From: Leucoraja erinacea
Taxonomy: Eukaryota
Assembly (NCBI RefSeq): GCF_028641065.1
Contig: NC_073383.1
Coordinates: 21,762,001 to 21,826,000, forward strand
DNA: 64,000 bases
Reading direction: 5' to 3'
Position numbers and translations under genes: made by a program. Of this stretch, positions 63,769 to 64,000 are shown in pieces; position 1 is the first letter of the stretch, and each line of letters begins with the position of its first letter. Under the pieces are notes generated by a model. It saw only the letters and a list, made by a program, of their open reading frames with translations. It made no database searches and had not been told where the DNA came from.

Positions 63769-64000
63769 GTGGCACAGCTGGTGGACTTGCTGCCTCACGC
63801 GCCAGAGATCTGTGTTCGATCCTGTCCTCGGGCACTGTCTGTGTTGAATTTGCACATTCTCCCTGCGTGTAGGTTTCCTCCCACATCCCAAAGACGCATT
63901 GGCTTTGTAGGTTAACCTGTCTGTAAAATTGCCCCTAATGTGTAGGGAGTGGGTGAGGAAAGTGGGATAACAGAACTTGTGTGAATGGGTAGACAAAAAT
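63769..64000 (+). mobile_element. HE1-like V-SINE (runs off the window end)
   Basis: A-box GTGGCACAGCTGG, B-box GTGTTCGATCC, V-domain-like tttgcacattctccc...ggtttcctcccacatcccaaagac. Confidence 0.85.

Noticed and set aside
60475-64000. Next lnpk coding exon (KPSTVE-like)
   Set aside because: Not found by eye; probably beyond the window.

Overview
Posterior end of a cartilaginous-fish HoxD cluster, most likely a skate/ray judging by HoxD14, HE1-type SINEs and the repeat complement. It is a draft assembly with six N-gaps. On the minus strand lie HoxD9 (exon 1, truncated by the window edge), HoxD10, HoxD11, HoxD12, HoxD13 and an intact three-exon HoxD14. On the plus strand lie Evx2 (3 exons) and then the CpG-island promoter plus first coding micro-exon (MGAMLSYWR) of lunapark/lnpk. 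All exon boundaries were checked by hand for GT-AG and phase. Main observations: (1) a +1 frameshift in an A7 run inside the HoxD13 homeobox, more likely a sequencing error than real; (2) a family of short, TSD-flanked, often fold-back retroelements carrying a minimal Penelope-type hammerhead-ribozyme core, which invades the HoxD14 neighbourhood but not HoxD9-D13; (3) an out-of-frame overlapping uORF in HoxD10 resembling the HoxA10 N-terminus; (4) clustered DR0/YCAAGGTCA nuclear-receptor sites and divergently oriented CTCF-like motifs; (5) a very compact Evx2-lnpk interval. Comparisons with other species are from recall, not from database searches.
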